Source: a bacterium (GTDB lineage Bacteria; UBP15; UBA6099; JAJRTR01). From it: a DNA stretch of 38,845 bases. The notes under the pieces are model-generated. The model did no database searches. It was not told the DNA's origin and saw only the letters and a list, made by a program, of their open reading frames with translations. Shown here in pieces: positions 18,229 through 28,066 of this stretch. Location: positions 62,001-100,845 of the forward strand of contig JAJRTR010000182.1 of the NCBI GenBank assembly GCA_024278215.1. The letters run 5' to 3'. The translations under genes were made by a program, and so were the position numbers. Each line of letters opens with the position of its first letter. The stretch's first letter is position 1.

Positions 18229-19789
18229 AAACAAAACACTCGACGTGTCGGCGTTGGAGACTTGGTTGTGGGATGCGGCTTGCGTTCTCCGGGGAGCGAC
18301 GGACGCGCCCAAGTACAAGGACTATATTCTCCCGCTTATTTTCTTAAAACGGCTCTCGGACGTTTTCGACGACGAGGTCGCGGGGCTCTCCGAGGAGTTC
18401 GGGAGCGAGGCGAACGCGCTCAAGCTCGTGGAGCAGGACCACAAGCTCGTCCGGTTCTATCTCCCGGAGGACTCGCGTTGGCCGGAAATCGCGAAACGCT
18501 CCGCCGCCGGGCTGGGCGAGTTCCTCACGGACGCCGTCCGGGGCGCGTCACGCGAAAACCCGAAACTCGCCGGGGTCGTGGACGTTACGGATTTTAACGC
18601 TACGACCGCCGGGCAAAGGATTATCGACGACGACCGGCTCCATGCCCTCGTACAAAAACTTAACGAGTACCGCCTCGGCATCAACGACGTGGAGCCGGAT
18701 ATCCTTGGGAGAGCATACGAGTACCTGCTTCGGAAATTCGCGGAGGGCTCCGGGAAAAGCGCGGGAGAGTTCTACACGCCCCGGGAGGTCGGGGTACTCA
18801 TGGCGCGTATCCTCGACCCTGAACCCGGACAGACGGTTTATGACCCGTGTTGCGGCTCCGGTGGACTCCTTATCAAGGCCCACCTCCGGCTTGTCGAAAA
18901 AAAGGGCAAACAAAAGAACGGGAGCCGACGCCTCCCCGCGTCCGTGGCCCCGCTCAAGCTCTACGGACAGGAATACTACGGCGGCACGTTCGCCATGGCC
19001 CGCATGAACGCCTTTATTCACGATATGGAGGCCGAAATCGCGCTCGGCGACACGATGAACGGCCCGGCATTTACCGAGGCCGACGGTGGGCTCCGAGCAT
19101 TCGATATTGTCACGGCCAACCCCATGTGGAACCAGAAATTCACCGCGTCCGTGTACGAGAACGACGCCTACGACCGTTTCACCCGGGGCATACCGCCCAC
19201 GTCCTCGGCGGACTGGGGCTGGATACAGCACATGTTCAAGTCACTCGGGGACGCCGGGAAAATGGCGGTGGTCCTCGACACCGGGGCCGTGGCCCGTGGC
19301 AGCGGCAATCAGGGCGCGAACAAGGAACGGGATATACGGAAAAAGTTCGTGGACGACGACCTCGTCGAGGCGGTCTATCTCCTCCCGGAAAACATGTTCT
19401 ACAACACCACCGCGCCGGGTATCGTCCTCGTGGTAAACAAAAACAAAAAGCACCCCGGAGAGATACTCCTCGTGAACGCCACGGCACAATTCTCCAAAGG
19501 CCGCCCGAAAAACTTCATGGAGGACTCCCACGTCGAGGCGGCGGCGGACGTCTATCTCAAATGGGAGGCCGTCGAGGGGCTGTCGGCGATTATCACGAAA
19601 GACGAAGCGGCCCGGAACGACTACAACCTCTCCCCGAGCCGATATATCTCGACCGGCGCGGAGACGGAGGTCCTCCCTCTCGATGAGGCCGTCCTTCTTC
19701 TCCGGCAGGCCGAGGAGGAACGGGCGGAGGCGGACGAGAAATTGAAAGGTATTTTGACCACACTGGGATTTAATAACGCTAATGGCTAA
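18215..19789 (+). CDS. hsdM: type I R-M methyltransferase subunit
   Basis: LWDAACVLRG..YKDYILPLIFLKRLSD; LGRAYEYLLRKFAE..GEFYTPREV; YDPCCGSGG; motif IV as ANPMW; YNLSPSRY. Confidence 0.96.
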   Translation: MAKSKNKTLDVSALETWLWDAACVLRGATDAPKYKDYILPLIFLKRLSDVFDDEVAGLSEEFGSEANALKLVEQDHKLVRFYLPEDSRWPEIAKRSAAGLGEFLTDAVRGASRENPKLAGVVDVTDFNATTAGQRIIDDDRLHALVQKLNEYRLGINDVEPDILGRAYEYLLRKFAEGSGKSAGEFYTPREVGVLMARILDPEPGQTVYDPCCGSGGLLIKAHLRLVEKKGKQKNGSRRLPASVAPLKLYGQEYYGGTFAMARMNAFIHDMEAEIALGDTMNGPAFTEADGGLRAFDIVTANPMWNQKFTASVYENDAYDRFTRGIPPTSSADWGWIQHMFKSLGDAGKMAVVLDTGAVARGSGNQGANKERDIRKKFVDDDLVEAVYLLPENMFYNTTAPGIVLVVNKNKKHPGEILLVNATAQFSKGRPKNFMEDSHVEAAADVYLKWEAVEGLSAIITKDEAARNDYNLSPSRYISTGAETEVLPLDEAVLLLRQAEEERAEADEKLKGILTTLGFNNANG

Positions 19790-21113
19790 AAAAATGAGAA
19801 AACTAAATGCTGATACAGAGGGGTTTTGGACTTTCGACAAAGACACCCTCCCGGAAACATGGGCCGTAAATTGTATTGGCTCGTTAGCCGAGACCATGTA
19901 CGGAGGGGGAACGCCTTCTACAAAAAATGCGGAGTATTGGGGAGGAGATATTCCTTGGACAACCACCGCAATAATTCACCCGGACGATATTTTCCTTGAC
20001 CGCTATCAAAGGAAAATCACCAAGTTAGGGCTCGAAAAATCTTCGTCTAAAATTGCTCCTCATGGTAGCGTATTAATCGGGACACGAGTTGGCGTCGGAA
20101 AAGCTGTAGTAACGACTTTCGATATTGCTATTAATCAAGACCTTACCGTCTTGTGTCCTAACGATAGAGCCGTCCCGGAGTATATAGTCTTATCGTTAAA
20201 ATCTCCAAATCTGCTGAAATGGTTTGAAGAAAACAAACGAGGAACAACCATAAAAGGGGTTACGAGGGACGACGTAGCTAAATTGGTTATTCCCCTCCCC
20301 CCTCTCCCGGAGCAAAAAGCGATAGCGGGGGTATTGAGGGCGGTACAGGAGGCGAAAGAGGCGACGGAGGGGGTAATCGCGGCGGCGCGGCAGCTCCAGG
20401 CGAGCCTCATGCGACACCTCTTTACCTACGGCCCCGTCCCGTTCGACCAGGCCGACCGGGTCAACCTCAAGGAAACCGAAATCGGCCCGGTCCCGCAGGA
20501 GTGGGATATTAAGCCTATTGGAGATTGCTCTTTGCTGTCACAGTACGGAATTTCAATGCGCGGTAATCTTAAAGGGCAATACCCCATACTTCGCATGAAT
20601 AACCTACAGGAGGGTAAAGTTACAACCGAAAATTTACAATATGTCGATTTAGACGACGATACTTTTAAGAAATTCCGAGTGGAAACGGGTGATATACTTT
20701 TTAACCGTACAAATAGTTTTGAGTTAGTAGGCAAAACCTCGGTTTTCGAGAATGAGGGGGATTATATTTTTGCCTCATATCTTGTGAGGGTTCAATTAGA
20801 CGAAAGCCGTCTTTTACCTCGTTTGCTTAACTACTATATGAACATGGGGAGCACACAAACCCGCCTTAAATCCCTTGCCTCAAGAGCAGTGAGTCAATCG
20901 AACATTAACGCCACAAAGCTAAAGGGGTTCCTCGTTCCGGTTCCACCAATAGAGATACAAAAGCGAATAGTAGAACAAATAAAAGCCGTTGACGATAAGA
21001 TTACGGTCGAAAAGAATAGGCTGTCTATATTGATATCACTTTTCGACTCCCTTCTCCACAACCTTATGACGGGACAAGTTCGCGTCCCGGTCGGAGAGGA
21101 GGCGGGCGCGTGA
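19782..21113 (+). CDS. hsdS: type I R-M specificity subunit
   Basis: Two AT-rich TRDs separated by GC-rich conserved IPLPPLPEQKAIA...ETEIGPVPQEW; VPVPPIEIQ; LLHNLMTG. Confidence 0.96.
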   Translation: MAKKMRKLNADTEGFWTFDKDTLPETWAVNCIGSLAETMYGGGTPSTKNAEYWGGDIPWTTTAIIHPDDIFLDRYQRKITKLGLEKSSSKIAPHGSVLIGTRVGVGKAVVTTFDIAINQDLTVLCPNDRAVPEYIVLSLKSPNLLKWFEENKRGTTIKGVTRDDVAKLVIPLPPLPEQKAIAGVLRAVQEAKEATEGVIAAARQLQASLMRHLFTYGPVPFDQADRVNLKETEIGPVPQEWDIKPIGDCSLLSQYGISMRGNLKGQYPILRMNNLQEGKVTTENLQYVDLDDDTFKKFRVETGDILFNRTNSFELVGKTSVFENEGDYIFASYLVRVQLDESRLLPRLLNYYMNMGSTQTRLKSLASRAVSQSNINATKLKGFLVPVPPIEIQKRIVEQIKAVDDKITVEKNRLSILISLFDSLLHNLMTGQVRVPVGEEAGA

Positions 21114-21155
21114 CGGCGGGCGGCGAAAGGGGCGCGGGAGAACCGGCGGTTTTTG

Positions 21156-21164
21156 TGGTAAACT
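21156..21164 (+). promoter_or_regulatory. extended -10 promoter of the MNT-HEPN cassette
   Basis: TG-G-TAAACT 26 nt upstream of the GGAGG-led ATG at 21191. Confidence 0.5.
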
Positions 21165-21190
21165 GAAAACAAATATGCGGAGGCGGAAAA

Positions 21191-21484
21191 ATGGGCCGCG
21201 AGGAGATATTGAAAATCCTGAAACAGAACTATGACGGCATCGCCGGTCGGTTCGGGGTTACGTCGCTGGCGGTGTTCGGTTCCGCCGCCCGGGACGAGGC
21301 CGGGGCGGACAGCGATATCGACGTGCTGGTGGATTTCCCGGAGCCGCCCACGTTCGACCGGTACATGGACCTCAAGTTTCACCTTGAGGACCTGCTCGGC
21401 AGGCGCGTGGACCTTGTGACGCGGCGCGGGCTGCGCGAGCGCGTGCGCCCGTTCGTCGAAAAGGAGGCCGTGTATGTCGCGTGA
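21191..21484 (+). CDS. minimal nucleotidyltransferase (MNT/MntA-type antitoxin)
   Basis: FGSAARDEAGADSDIDVLV (GSx10DxD); LEDLLGRRVDLVT. Confidence 0.95.
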   Translation: MGREEILKILKQNYDGIAGRFGVTSLAVFGSAARDEAGADSDIDVLVDFPEPPTFDRYMDLKFHLEDLLGRRVDLVTRRGLRERVRPFVEKEAVYVA

Positions 21485-21815
21485 CTGGACCATGTACCTC
21501 GATGATATGATTGCCTGTTGCCGCAGGGTGATAGAGTATACGTGCGGCGCGGACCGGGAGTCTTTTTTCTCCGGCGGCATGGCATACGACGCGACGCTCA
21601 GGAACCTCGAAGTGCTCGGGGAGGCGGCAAAGAAGGTGCCGGAGGATGTGCGTCGGGCGCACCCGGATGTGCAGTGGCGCAAAATCGCGGGTCTGCGCGA
21701 TGTGCTCGCGCACGATTATTTCGGGCTCGAAGAGGAAACCCTGTGGGACGTGGTGGCAAACAAAGTCCCCGCGCTCCTGCCCGCGCTTGAGAAAATCCGG
21801 GAGGAAACCCCGTGA
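21474..21815 (+). CDS. HEPN/DUF86 (HepT-type) RNase toxin
   Basis: DATLRNLEVLGEAAK; WRKIAGLRDVLAHDYF (Rx4H followed by the Tyr modified in HepT). Confidence 0.95.
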   Translation: MSRDWTMYLDDMIACCRRVIEYTCGADRESFFSGGMAYDATLRNLEVLGEAAKKVPEDVRRAHPDVQWRKIAGLRDVLAHDYFGLEEETLWDVVANKVPALLPALEKIREETP

Positions 21816-24712
21816 CGGCGGGCGGCGAGAAAGGCGCGGTGCAGAACCCGTTCGTCCGGTACGCGACCGAGGCGGGCTGGACGTATCTATCCCCTGCGGA
21901 GGCTCTTGAATTACGCAAGGGTGGCATTACAAGCCCCCTTTTGGACGTGGTAGTCGTGGACCAGTTACAGCGGCTTAACCCGGGGATAGTGGACGCGGGC
22001 AAGGCCGAGGAGACGGCTCGAAAAATCGCCCGGGTGCGGCCCAATATCGAGGGGAACCTCGACGCATGGGAGTACATGAAAGGGCTCAAGACCGTTTTCG
22101 TACCGGAGGAAAAGAGGGAGCGCAATATCCGGCTCCTCGACCCGGTCGACGCGGGCGCGAACAAGTTCCACGTTACGGACGAGTTCACTTTCTCTAACGG
22201 CAGCCCTCCGGATATCCGGGCGGATATCGTTTTTTTTGTGAATGGGGTCCCGGTTATTATTGTGGAAACAAAAGGCGCGAAAAAATTAGAGGGTATTGCC
22301 GACGCGCTGGACGATATACGTTACTATCACCGCAAGGGTCCAGAGTTCCTCGCTCTAAATCAAATACATACTCTTACGCACCTCGTACAGTTTTATTACG
22401 GGGCGACCTGGGTCCTTTCCCGGAAGTGGCTTTTTAACTGGCGGGAGGAGTCCGTTAAGGACGGCGATTTCGAGACGCTATGTAAAACTTTTGTGGCTCC
22501 CCGGCGCGTTCTCCGGGTCATTACTGACTTTATCCTATTCACACGAAAGGACGACGAGTTATCAAAGGTCGTGCTCCGGCCCCACCAGATGAGAGCGGCA
22601 GACCGATGTTTAGGCCGGGCGCGGGACGGGGAAAAGACACGAGCCCTTATTTGGCATACACAGGGGTCCGGCAAGACGTACACAATGATAACCACGGCGA
22701 AACGGATACTTGAGGACAAGGACCTCGAAAACCCGACCGTTATCATGCTCGTGGACCGTAACGAGTTGGAGGAGCAGTTATTCAAAAACCTCGAACAGGT
22801 CGGGTTCGGAAGCGTAGCTATTGCCGAGAGTAAAGAAAACCTCAAACAACTCCTCAAGAGCGACCGGCGCGGGCTTATCGTTTCCATGATACACAAGTTC
22901 GACAGGATACCGGCGGAGATAAACGATAGGGAGAACATATACGTACTCGTGGACGAGGCGCACCGGACGACCGGGGGCGACCTCGGCAATTACCTCATGG
23001 GGGCGTTGCCGAATGCTACTTATATGGGCTTTACCGGGACGCCTATCGACCGGACGGAACACGGCAAGGGTACGTTTAAGACTTTCGGCTTACAGGATGA
23101 ACGGGGCTATCTTGATAAATACTCAATCAAAGAGTCCATAGCCGACGGGACAACAGTCCCGATACACTACGCGCTGGCCCCGAACGAGCTGCGGGTCGAG
23201 CGGGAGACGCTTGAACGAGAGTTTTTATCTCTTGCCGACGCCGAGGGCATAAGCGATTTTGAGGAACTAAATAAAGTCCTCGAAAAGGCCGTCACGTTAA
23301 GGAACATGCTCAAGAACGAGGACCGTATCGACAAAGTCGCCCGGTTCGTTGCGGAGCATTTCCGGACTACGGTCGAACCCATGGGCTATAAGGCGTTCCT
23401 CGTAACCGTAGACCGGGAGGCGTGCTGCCTTTTCAAAGAGGCTCTCGATAAATACCTCTCTCCGGAATACTCTGAGGTCGTGATAAGCGGAGGCGGAAAA
23501 AAGGACGGGGAACTCCTCCAGAAATACAAACTATCAGAGGACAAGGAAAAGGATATAAGAAAACAGTTCCGGAAACCGAACGAGTTACCGAAAATGCTCA
23601 TAGTCACGGAAAAGCTCCTTACCGGGTTCGACGCGCCGGTCCTTTACTGTATGTACCTCGACAAGCCCATGAGGGACCACGTTCTCTTACAGGCGATAGC
23701 GCGGGTAAACAGGCCATACGAGGACGACGAGGGGCGAAACAAGCCCGCCGGATTCGTTCTCGATTTCGTGGGGATATTTGAAAAACTCGAAAAGGCTCTC
23801 GCGTTCGACTCGGAGGACGTGAGCGGAGTCGTTGAGGGCGTGGACCTCCTCAAGGAACTTTTCGAGAGCATGATAAAAGACGCCCGGGCCGAGTACCTCC
23901 CGGTTATCAAGGGTAAAAAAGGTGACACACAGGTCGAGGCCGTGCTCGAACATTTCCGGGACAGGGACACGCGGCATGATTACTACAAGTTCTTTAAGGA
24001 ACTCCAAGACGTATATGAGATACTCTCGCCGGACGCCTACCTCCGTCCGTTCCTCCCGGACTACGGACTCTTGACGGATATATACTACACGCTCCGGGCG
24101 AACTACGACCGGGGTATCCCTATAGACCGGGAGTTCCAGAGAAAAACAGCCCGGCTCGTACAGGAACATACGAGCTCCGGAGCGATACAGGCCCCGGACG
24201 AGGGCCATATTATAGACGAGAACGCGCTCCGGAAAATCGCCGGAGAGGACACGCCCGGGACGGTTAAGGTTTTCAATCTCTTAAAAGCAATACACGGGCT
24301 CGTAGAACATAACTCGAATAAAGAGCCATACCTCATAAACATAGGCGAACGTGCAGAGGAGATAGCGCAAGCGTTCGAGGCGCGGCAAAAGACGACCCAA
24401 CAGGCGCTGGAAGAACTCGCCCGGCTTGTGGCGGAACTGGAGGAGGCCAAAGGCGAGCGGGCGGCGACGGGACTCTCACCGGAAGCGTTCGCGGTCTACT
24501 GGTTCCTCAAAAAAGAGGGAGCGGGCGACCCCATGAAAGTAGCCGAGGACGCGGAGAAAACTTTCAAAGAGTACCCGCATTGGAACGTAAGCGAACGGCA
24601 GGAACAGGACGTAAGGCGGAGTTTGTATAAGTCGTTGATAGACTCCGGGGTCGAGGCCGTGGTCGAGGTAGGTAGCAAACTCCTTAAAATGTTAAAGAGG
24701 GCCTCGCAATGA
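21812..24712 (+). CDS. hsdR: type I R-M restriction subunit
   Basis: RADIVFFVNGVPVIIVETK nuclease motif; WHTQGSGKT; VDEAHR; GFTGTP; LLTGFDAP; LLQAIARVNR. Confidence 0.96.
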   Translation: MTAGGEKGAVQNPFVRYATEAGWTYLSPAEALELRKGGITSPLLDVVVVDQLQRLNPGIVDAGKAEETARKIARVRPNIEGNLDAWEYMKGLKTVFVPEEKRERNIRLLDPVDAGANKFHVTDEFTFSNGSPPDIRADIVFFVNGVPVIIVETKGAKKLEGIADALDDIRYYHRKGPEFLALNQIHTLTHLVQFYYGATWVLSRKWLFNWREESVKDGDFETLCKTFVAPRRVLRVITDFILFTRKDDELSKVVLRPHQMRAADRCLGRARDGEKTRALIWHTQGSGKTYTMITTAKRILEDKDLENPTVIMLVDRNELEEQLFKNLEQVGFGSVAIAESKENLKQLLKSDRRGLIVSMIHKFDRIPAEINDRENIYVLVDEAHRTTGGDLGNYLMGALPNATYMGFTGTPIDRTEHGKGTFKTFGLQDERGYLDKYSIKESIADGTTVPIHYALAPNELRVERETLEREFLSLADAEGISDFEELNKVLEKAVTLRNMLKNEDRIDKVARFVAEHFRTTVEPMGYKAFLVTVDREACCLFKEALDKYLSPEYSEVVISGGGKKDGELLQKYKLSEDKEKDIRKQFRKPNELPKMLIVTEKLLTGFDAPVLYCMYLDKPMRDHVLLQAIARVNRPYEDDEGRNKPAGFVLDFVGIFEKLEKALAFDSEDVSGVVEGVDLLKELFESMIKDARAEYLPVIKGKKGDTQVEAVLEHFRDRDTRHDYYKFFKELQDVYEILSPDAYLRPFLPDYGLLTDIYYTLRANYDRGIPIDREFQRKTARLVQEHTSSGAIQAPDEGHIIDENALRKIAGEDTPGTVKVFNLLKAIHGLVEHNSNKEPYLINIGERAEEIAQAFEARQKTTQQALEELARLVAELEEAKGERAATGLSPEAFAVYWFLKKEGAGDPMKVAEDAEKTFKEYPHWNVSERQEQDVRRSLYKSLIDSGVEAVVEVGSKLLKMLKRASQ

Positions 24713-25023
24713 AAGCGACACCGCCGCCGGAGTGGGAACCATTGGAGGAGTCCGTCCCCCGGGACATATTCAAAGCCGAGGTCCGGGCGTGGGCAAAACG
24801 GATAGGCGTCGAGCCGAAAGAGATACACGTCCGGGAAATGACGAAAAAATGGGGAAGCGCGTCCACGACGGGGCGCGTCACGTTCGCCGCCGACCTCCTC
24901 CGGCAACATAGCGAGTTCCGCAAACGTGTAATCGTCGAGGAGCTGTTGCACCTCAAGGTCCCGAATCACGGGAAATTATTCAAGTCGCTCCTCCGGGCGT
25001 ATTTGAAACGGAAAAACCCTTAA
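24709..25023 (+). CDS. short YgjP/DUF45 (M48-like) protein
   Basis: REMTKKWGSAS and VIVEELLHLKVPNHGKLF; HExxH appears as EELLH; ATGA overlap with hsdR, the usual position of this family. Confidence 0.85.
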   Translation: MKATPPPEWEPLEESVPRDIFKAEVRAWAKRIGVEPKEIHVREMTKKWGSASTTGRVTFAADLLRQHSEFRKRVIVEELLHLKVPNHGKLFKSLLRAYLKRKNP

Positions 25024-25215
25024 TATTACGATTTATCGGGTTATTTGACTATAGTCTAATGACATTAGTAAAATATCGAGCGATAACGGCATTTTAGTAT
25101 TGTATGCGACGTATTCCTCGATTTATCAGCAAAAGCCGCTCTCCGGGCGCGTGAGAGGCCTTGAGAGCGATAGTAGAGGCCGGTCGCAACCTCGTTTTCG
25201 GATAGGAGGCGGGAA

Positions 25216-25683
25216 ATGACATACGATTGGATAATCGACGGCGAGATTGGCGTCGGGTCGGCTCCGGTTAATCGGGAGGACGCGGAAGCTCTCCGGGCGG
25301 CGGGTTTTCGAGCCATTCTCGATATGACGGAATCCCACGAGCCCGGATACCGGGGAGGAGTCGACGGGGTAGAATACGAAAACATACCGACGCCGGATTT
25401 AGCGGAGGACGGCGCGGGGTATATTCTCCCGGACGAGGTTATTATCGAGGCGGTTAGATACATACGGGAGAGCGTGGCGGCGGGCCGTCCGGTCTATGTT
25501 CATTGTCGGTACGGCGCGAACCGGAGTTCGATAATCGTAACGGCATACATGTGCGCCGTTCGGAAAATCCGGCTCTACGAAACAATACACACAATAAAAG
25601 AGCGGCACCCGGAAGCGAACCCGAACTACAAACAGGTCGCCGCATTGTGCCGATTTCTCGAAAAGAGAGGAGCCGAGGTATGA
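25216..25683 (+). CDS. dual-specificity / PTP-like phosphatase
   Basis: PTPD acid loop; VYVHCRYGANRS = HCx5RS; ANPNYKQ; AGGAGG RBS. Confidence 0.93.
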   Translation: MTYDWIIDGEIGVGSAPVNREDAEALRAAGFRAILDMTESHEPGYRGGVDGVEYENIPTPDLAEDGAGYILPDEVIIEAVRYIRESVAAGRPVYVHCRYGANRSSIIVTAYMCAVRKIRLYETIHTIKERHPEANPNYKQVAALCRFLEKRGAEV

Positions 25684-26648
25684 GCGGGTTATGTCGGGGA
25701 GACAGAATAGCCGGGGCGATATTCGGAACGGCGGTCGGGGACGCCCTCGGTTATCCGGTCGAGTTCTCCCATGGGGTCACGGTAACGGACCTCCTACCTC
25801 CACACCACTACTCGGACGATACGCAAATGAGTATTGCTACGGTCGAGGGGGGCCTTCAAACCGACCCCTCCCCTAAAAAAGGCCTCCCGAGGTTGGAGGA
25901 GAATATCGCGGCGGAACTCGCAAAGTGGAACGAGTCACAGGATAGACCCGAAAACAGGAGGGCTCCCGGTAATACATGCCTCTCCTCGACGGCCCGCCTC
26001 CGGAAAGGAGTAACGTGGAGGGAGTCGGGAGTCTACTCCGCCGGTTGCGGCACAACTATGAGAATGGGAATACTCGGACTCCTCCTTACCGAGGACGAAA
26101 TTATCGAGAGAGGCCCAGGTATCGCGGCTATGACGCACACTGACCCGAGAGCCATAGCCGGAGGCGTCGGCTCGGCTCTCACGGTAAAGTACATTTCGGA
26201 GGACGTGGAAAACCTCGAAATTATTAAAAAGCTCACGGCGGTATTTTCGGACGGCACTCACTCCGGCCTCCAATGTCCGGAAATGGTGAGGCTCCTCTCC
26301 CGGGTCGAGGATAGTACGGGGCGGGACATAGGGCGTGAGGCCGGGACGGAATGGTATCTCTCGCCTCCGGCGTGGATAGTGGATATGCTCGGAGAGGGGT
26401 GGGTAGCGGACGAGTGTCTCGCCCTCGCGCTGTTCCTCGCATTTCAAGCCGGGGACGACTTCAAAGCCGGAGTGCTCTCGGCGGCGAATCTCGACCGCTC
26501 GGATAAAGACTCGGTAGGCGCGGTCGTGGGTTGTATGTTAGGAACTCGCCTTGGGGCCGAGGCAATCCCGGAGGCGTGGAGGAACAATATAGAAAACGGA
26601 AAGCTACTCGACCGGGTCGCAACGGACGCGACCGCGTGGCGCATGTAA
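25680..26648 (+). CDS. ADP-ribosylglycohydrolase (ARH/DraG family)
   Basis: GTAVGDALG, YSDDTQM, GCGTTMR, MTHTDP, DKDSVGAVVG; ATGA coupling to the phosphatase stop. Confidence 0.93.
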   Translation: MSGLCRGDRIAGAIFGTAVGDALGYPVEFSHGVTVTDLLPPHHYSDDTQMSIATVEGGLQTDPSPKKGLPRLEENIAAELAKWNESQDRPENRRAPGNTCLSSTARLRKGVTWRESGVYSAGCGTTMRMGILGLLLTEDEIIERGPGIAAMTHTDPRAIAGGVGSALTVKYISEDVENLEIIKKLTAVFSDGTHSGLQCPEMVRLLSRVEDSTGRDIGREAGTEWYLSPPAWIVDMLGEGWVADECLALALFLAFQAGDDFKAGVLSAANLDRSDKDSVGAVVGCMLGTRLGAEAIPEAWRNNIENGKLLDRVATDATAWRM

Positions 26649-26760
26649 CATAGTCCCCCTCAAACTCGACCTGAAAACTCCCACCTGAAACCCGACGGTA
26701 TAATAACCATAGGGGAATATTATGATTGTCATTTTGCGCGGTGAAACAGATATGAAAAAT

Positions 26761-26825
26761 AAAGGCGACGGGCTGGTGTCCGCGCGACTTTCCCCTAACC
26801 CGGCCTCGTCGCCTTTTTTCTTTTT
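26761..26825 (+). promoter_or_regulatory. long hairpin followed by a T-tract upstream of the Rep-like gene
   Basis: AAAGGCGACG-GGCTGG (26761-26776) pairs with CCGGCC-T-CGTCGCCTTT (26800-26816), then TTTCTTTTT. Confidence 0.55.
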
Positions 26826-26926
26826 GAGTCGTCGTCGCTCGCTCTACACTCTCCGGTTTTACCGTAGTCAAATCTCCCATAAAGGAAGGCGGACAGTTTG
26901 CCAGCAAACACCGCGTGCGTTTAATT

Positions 26927-27547
26927 ATGTATAGTAATAGAGTTAATAGAGGGGCAAATATAAGAGGACGAGCGAGGCCGCACGGCACCCCGGTCAAGAT
27001 ACCCGAGTTTGATTGTCCCGAGTCGCTCATATATATTCCCACGAGTCCTTTACCTGTTTGTCCTCCCGAAGCTCGGCAAGACTCTTTTTCGAGGGGCCTA
27101 CGACGACGTATTCAAACTAAACACGAACTCATATCACGGGTGGAGCGTTCCGAGTACAACCTCGCTCTTACAACTACTCTACCCTTAGATTATTTCTACT
27201 CCGACGAGGCCGCCCTTAAATACCTCCAAGATAAATTCAACCAAATTGTAGCTCGGCTCCGATACCGAGATATTCCTTTTAAGTTTTTAGGCTTCCCTCA
27301 ACTCAACGAGGACCGTACTAATATCCACGCCCACTACGCCGTCATTACCTCTTTCGATTTTGGCGTAAAAAAGTTCACTAAAACGAGAAAGCGGTTAAGG
27401 CGTATGTGGAAAAAATATACAGACGAAATAGGGCAGGAACTCGATATACGTATCCGGTATTACAAGAGAGGTTGGGCGTCGTATATTTTTCGAGAGTACG
27501 AAATGGGTTGGGGACATGTAATGGTTAGCAGGGACTTCCCGGTGTAA
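26927..27547 (+). CDS. HUH-endonuclease, rolling-circle Rep-like protein
   Basis: Ordered motifs LALTTTL (I), NIHAHY (HUH, II), W, GWASYIFRE (Tyr, III); basic ~206-aa protein; start uncertain. Confidence 0.7.
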   Translation: MYSNRVNRGANIRGRARPHGTPVKIPEFDCPESLIYIPTSPLPVCPPEARQDSFSRGLRRRIQTKHELISRVERSEYNLALTTTLPLDYFYSDEAALKYLQDKFNQIVARLRYRDIPFKFLGFPQLNEDRTNIHAHYAVITSFDFGVKKFTKTRKRLRRMWKKYTDEIGQELDIRIRYYKRGWASYIFREYEMGWGHVMVSRDFPV

Positions 27548-27769
27548 TCTCTCGTACGTATCGGACACTCTCCCGGCTTCCCCACAGTCAAAGAGGCGGT
27601 TTCAAGGTAACGGTACAATAGGTATAGGAGGGAAAAACGTAAGTGGTTAATTTGACAACGGTCAAAAAAAACCGAACGACAAAAATCATTACCGGCTTTT
27701 CGAGGAAAAGTTTTCCCCGACGTTTTCTCACGGTATGAGGACAAAACAAAAAAAGGCGGGCTACGGTAA

Positions 27770-28066
27770 ATGGACGAACGAACTAAACGAAAAAGACTAA
27801 GCCGGTTTATGAAAATAGCGGCAATCGCCGGGCCGGATGCGACAGCGCAAATATGCAACGAGCTATCGGGCGACCGCGTATATATCCCGAAAGCGGACGT
27901 ATTTACAAGGGAGATACGTAACGAGAAAATCGCGGAGGAGTGGGAGCGCGGCGTCCCGGCGTTTGACCTCTCCCGGAAATACAACCTTACCCCACGGCGC
28001 ATATATCAAATCGTGAACGGGAACGGCAACACCGGGAGGATGAGTTCAGCGAGTCTGGGACTATAG
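27770..28066 (+). CDS. Mor/C family transcription activator
   Basis: LSGDRVYIPK...RNEKI...LSRKYNLTPRRIYQIV matches the Mor pattern. Confidence 0.85.
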   Translation: MDERTKRKRLSRFMKIAAIAGPDATAQICNELSGDRVYIPKADVFTREIRNEKIAEEWERGVPAFDLSRKYNLTPRRIYQIVNGNGNTGRMSSASLGL

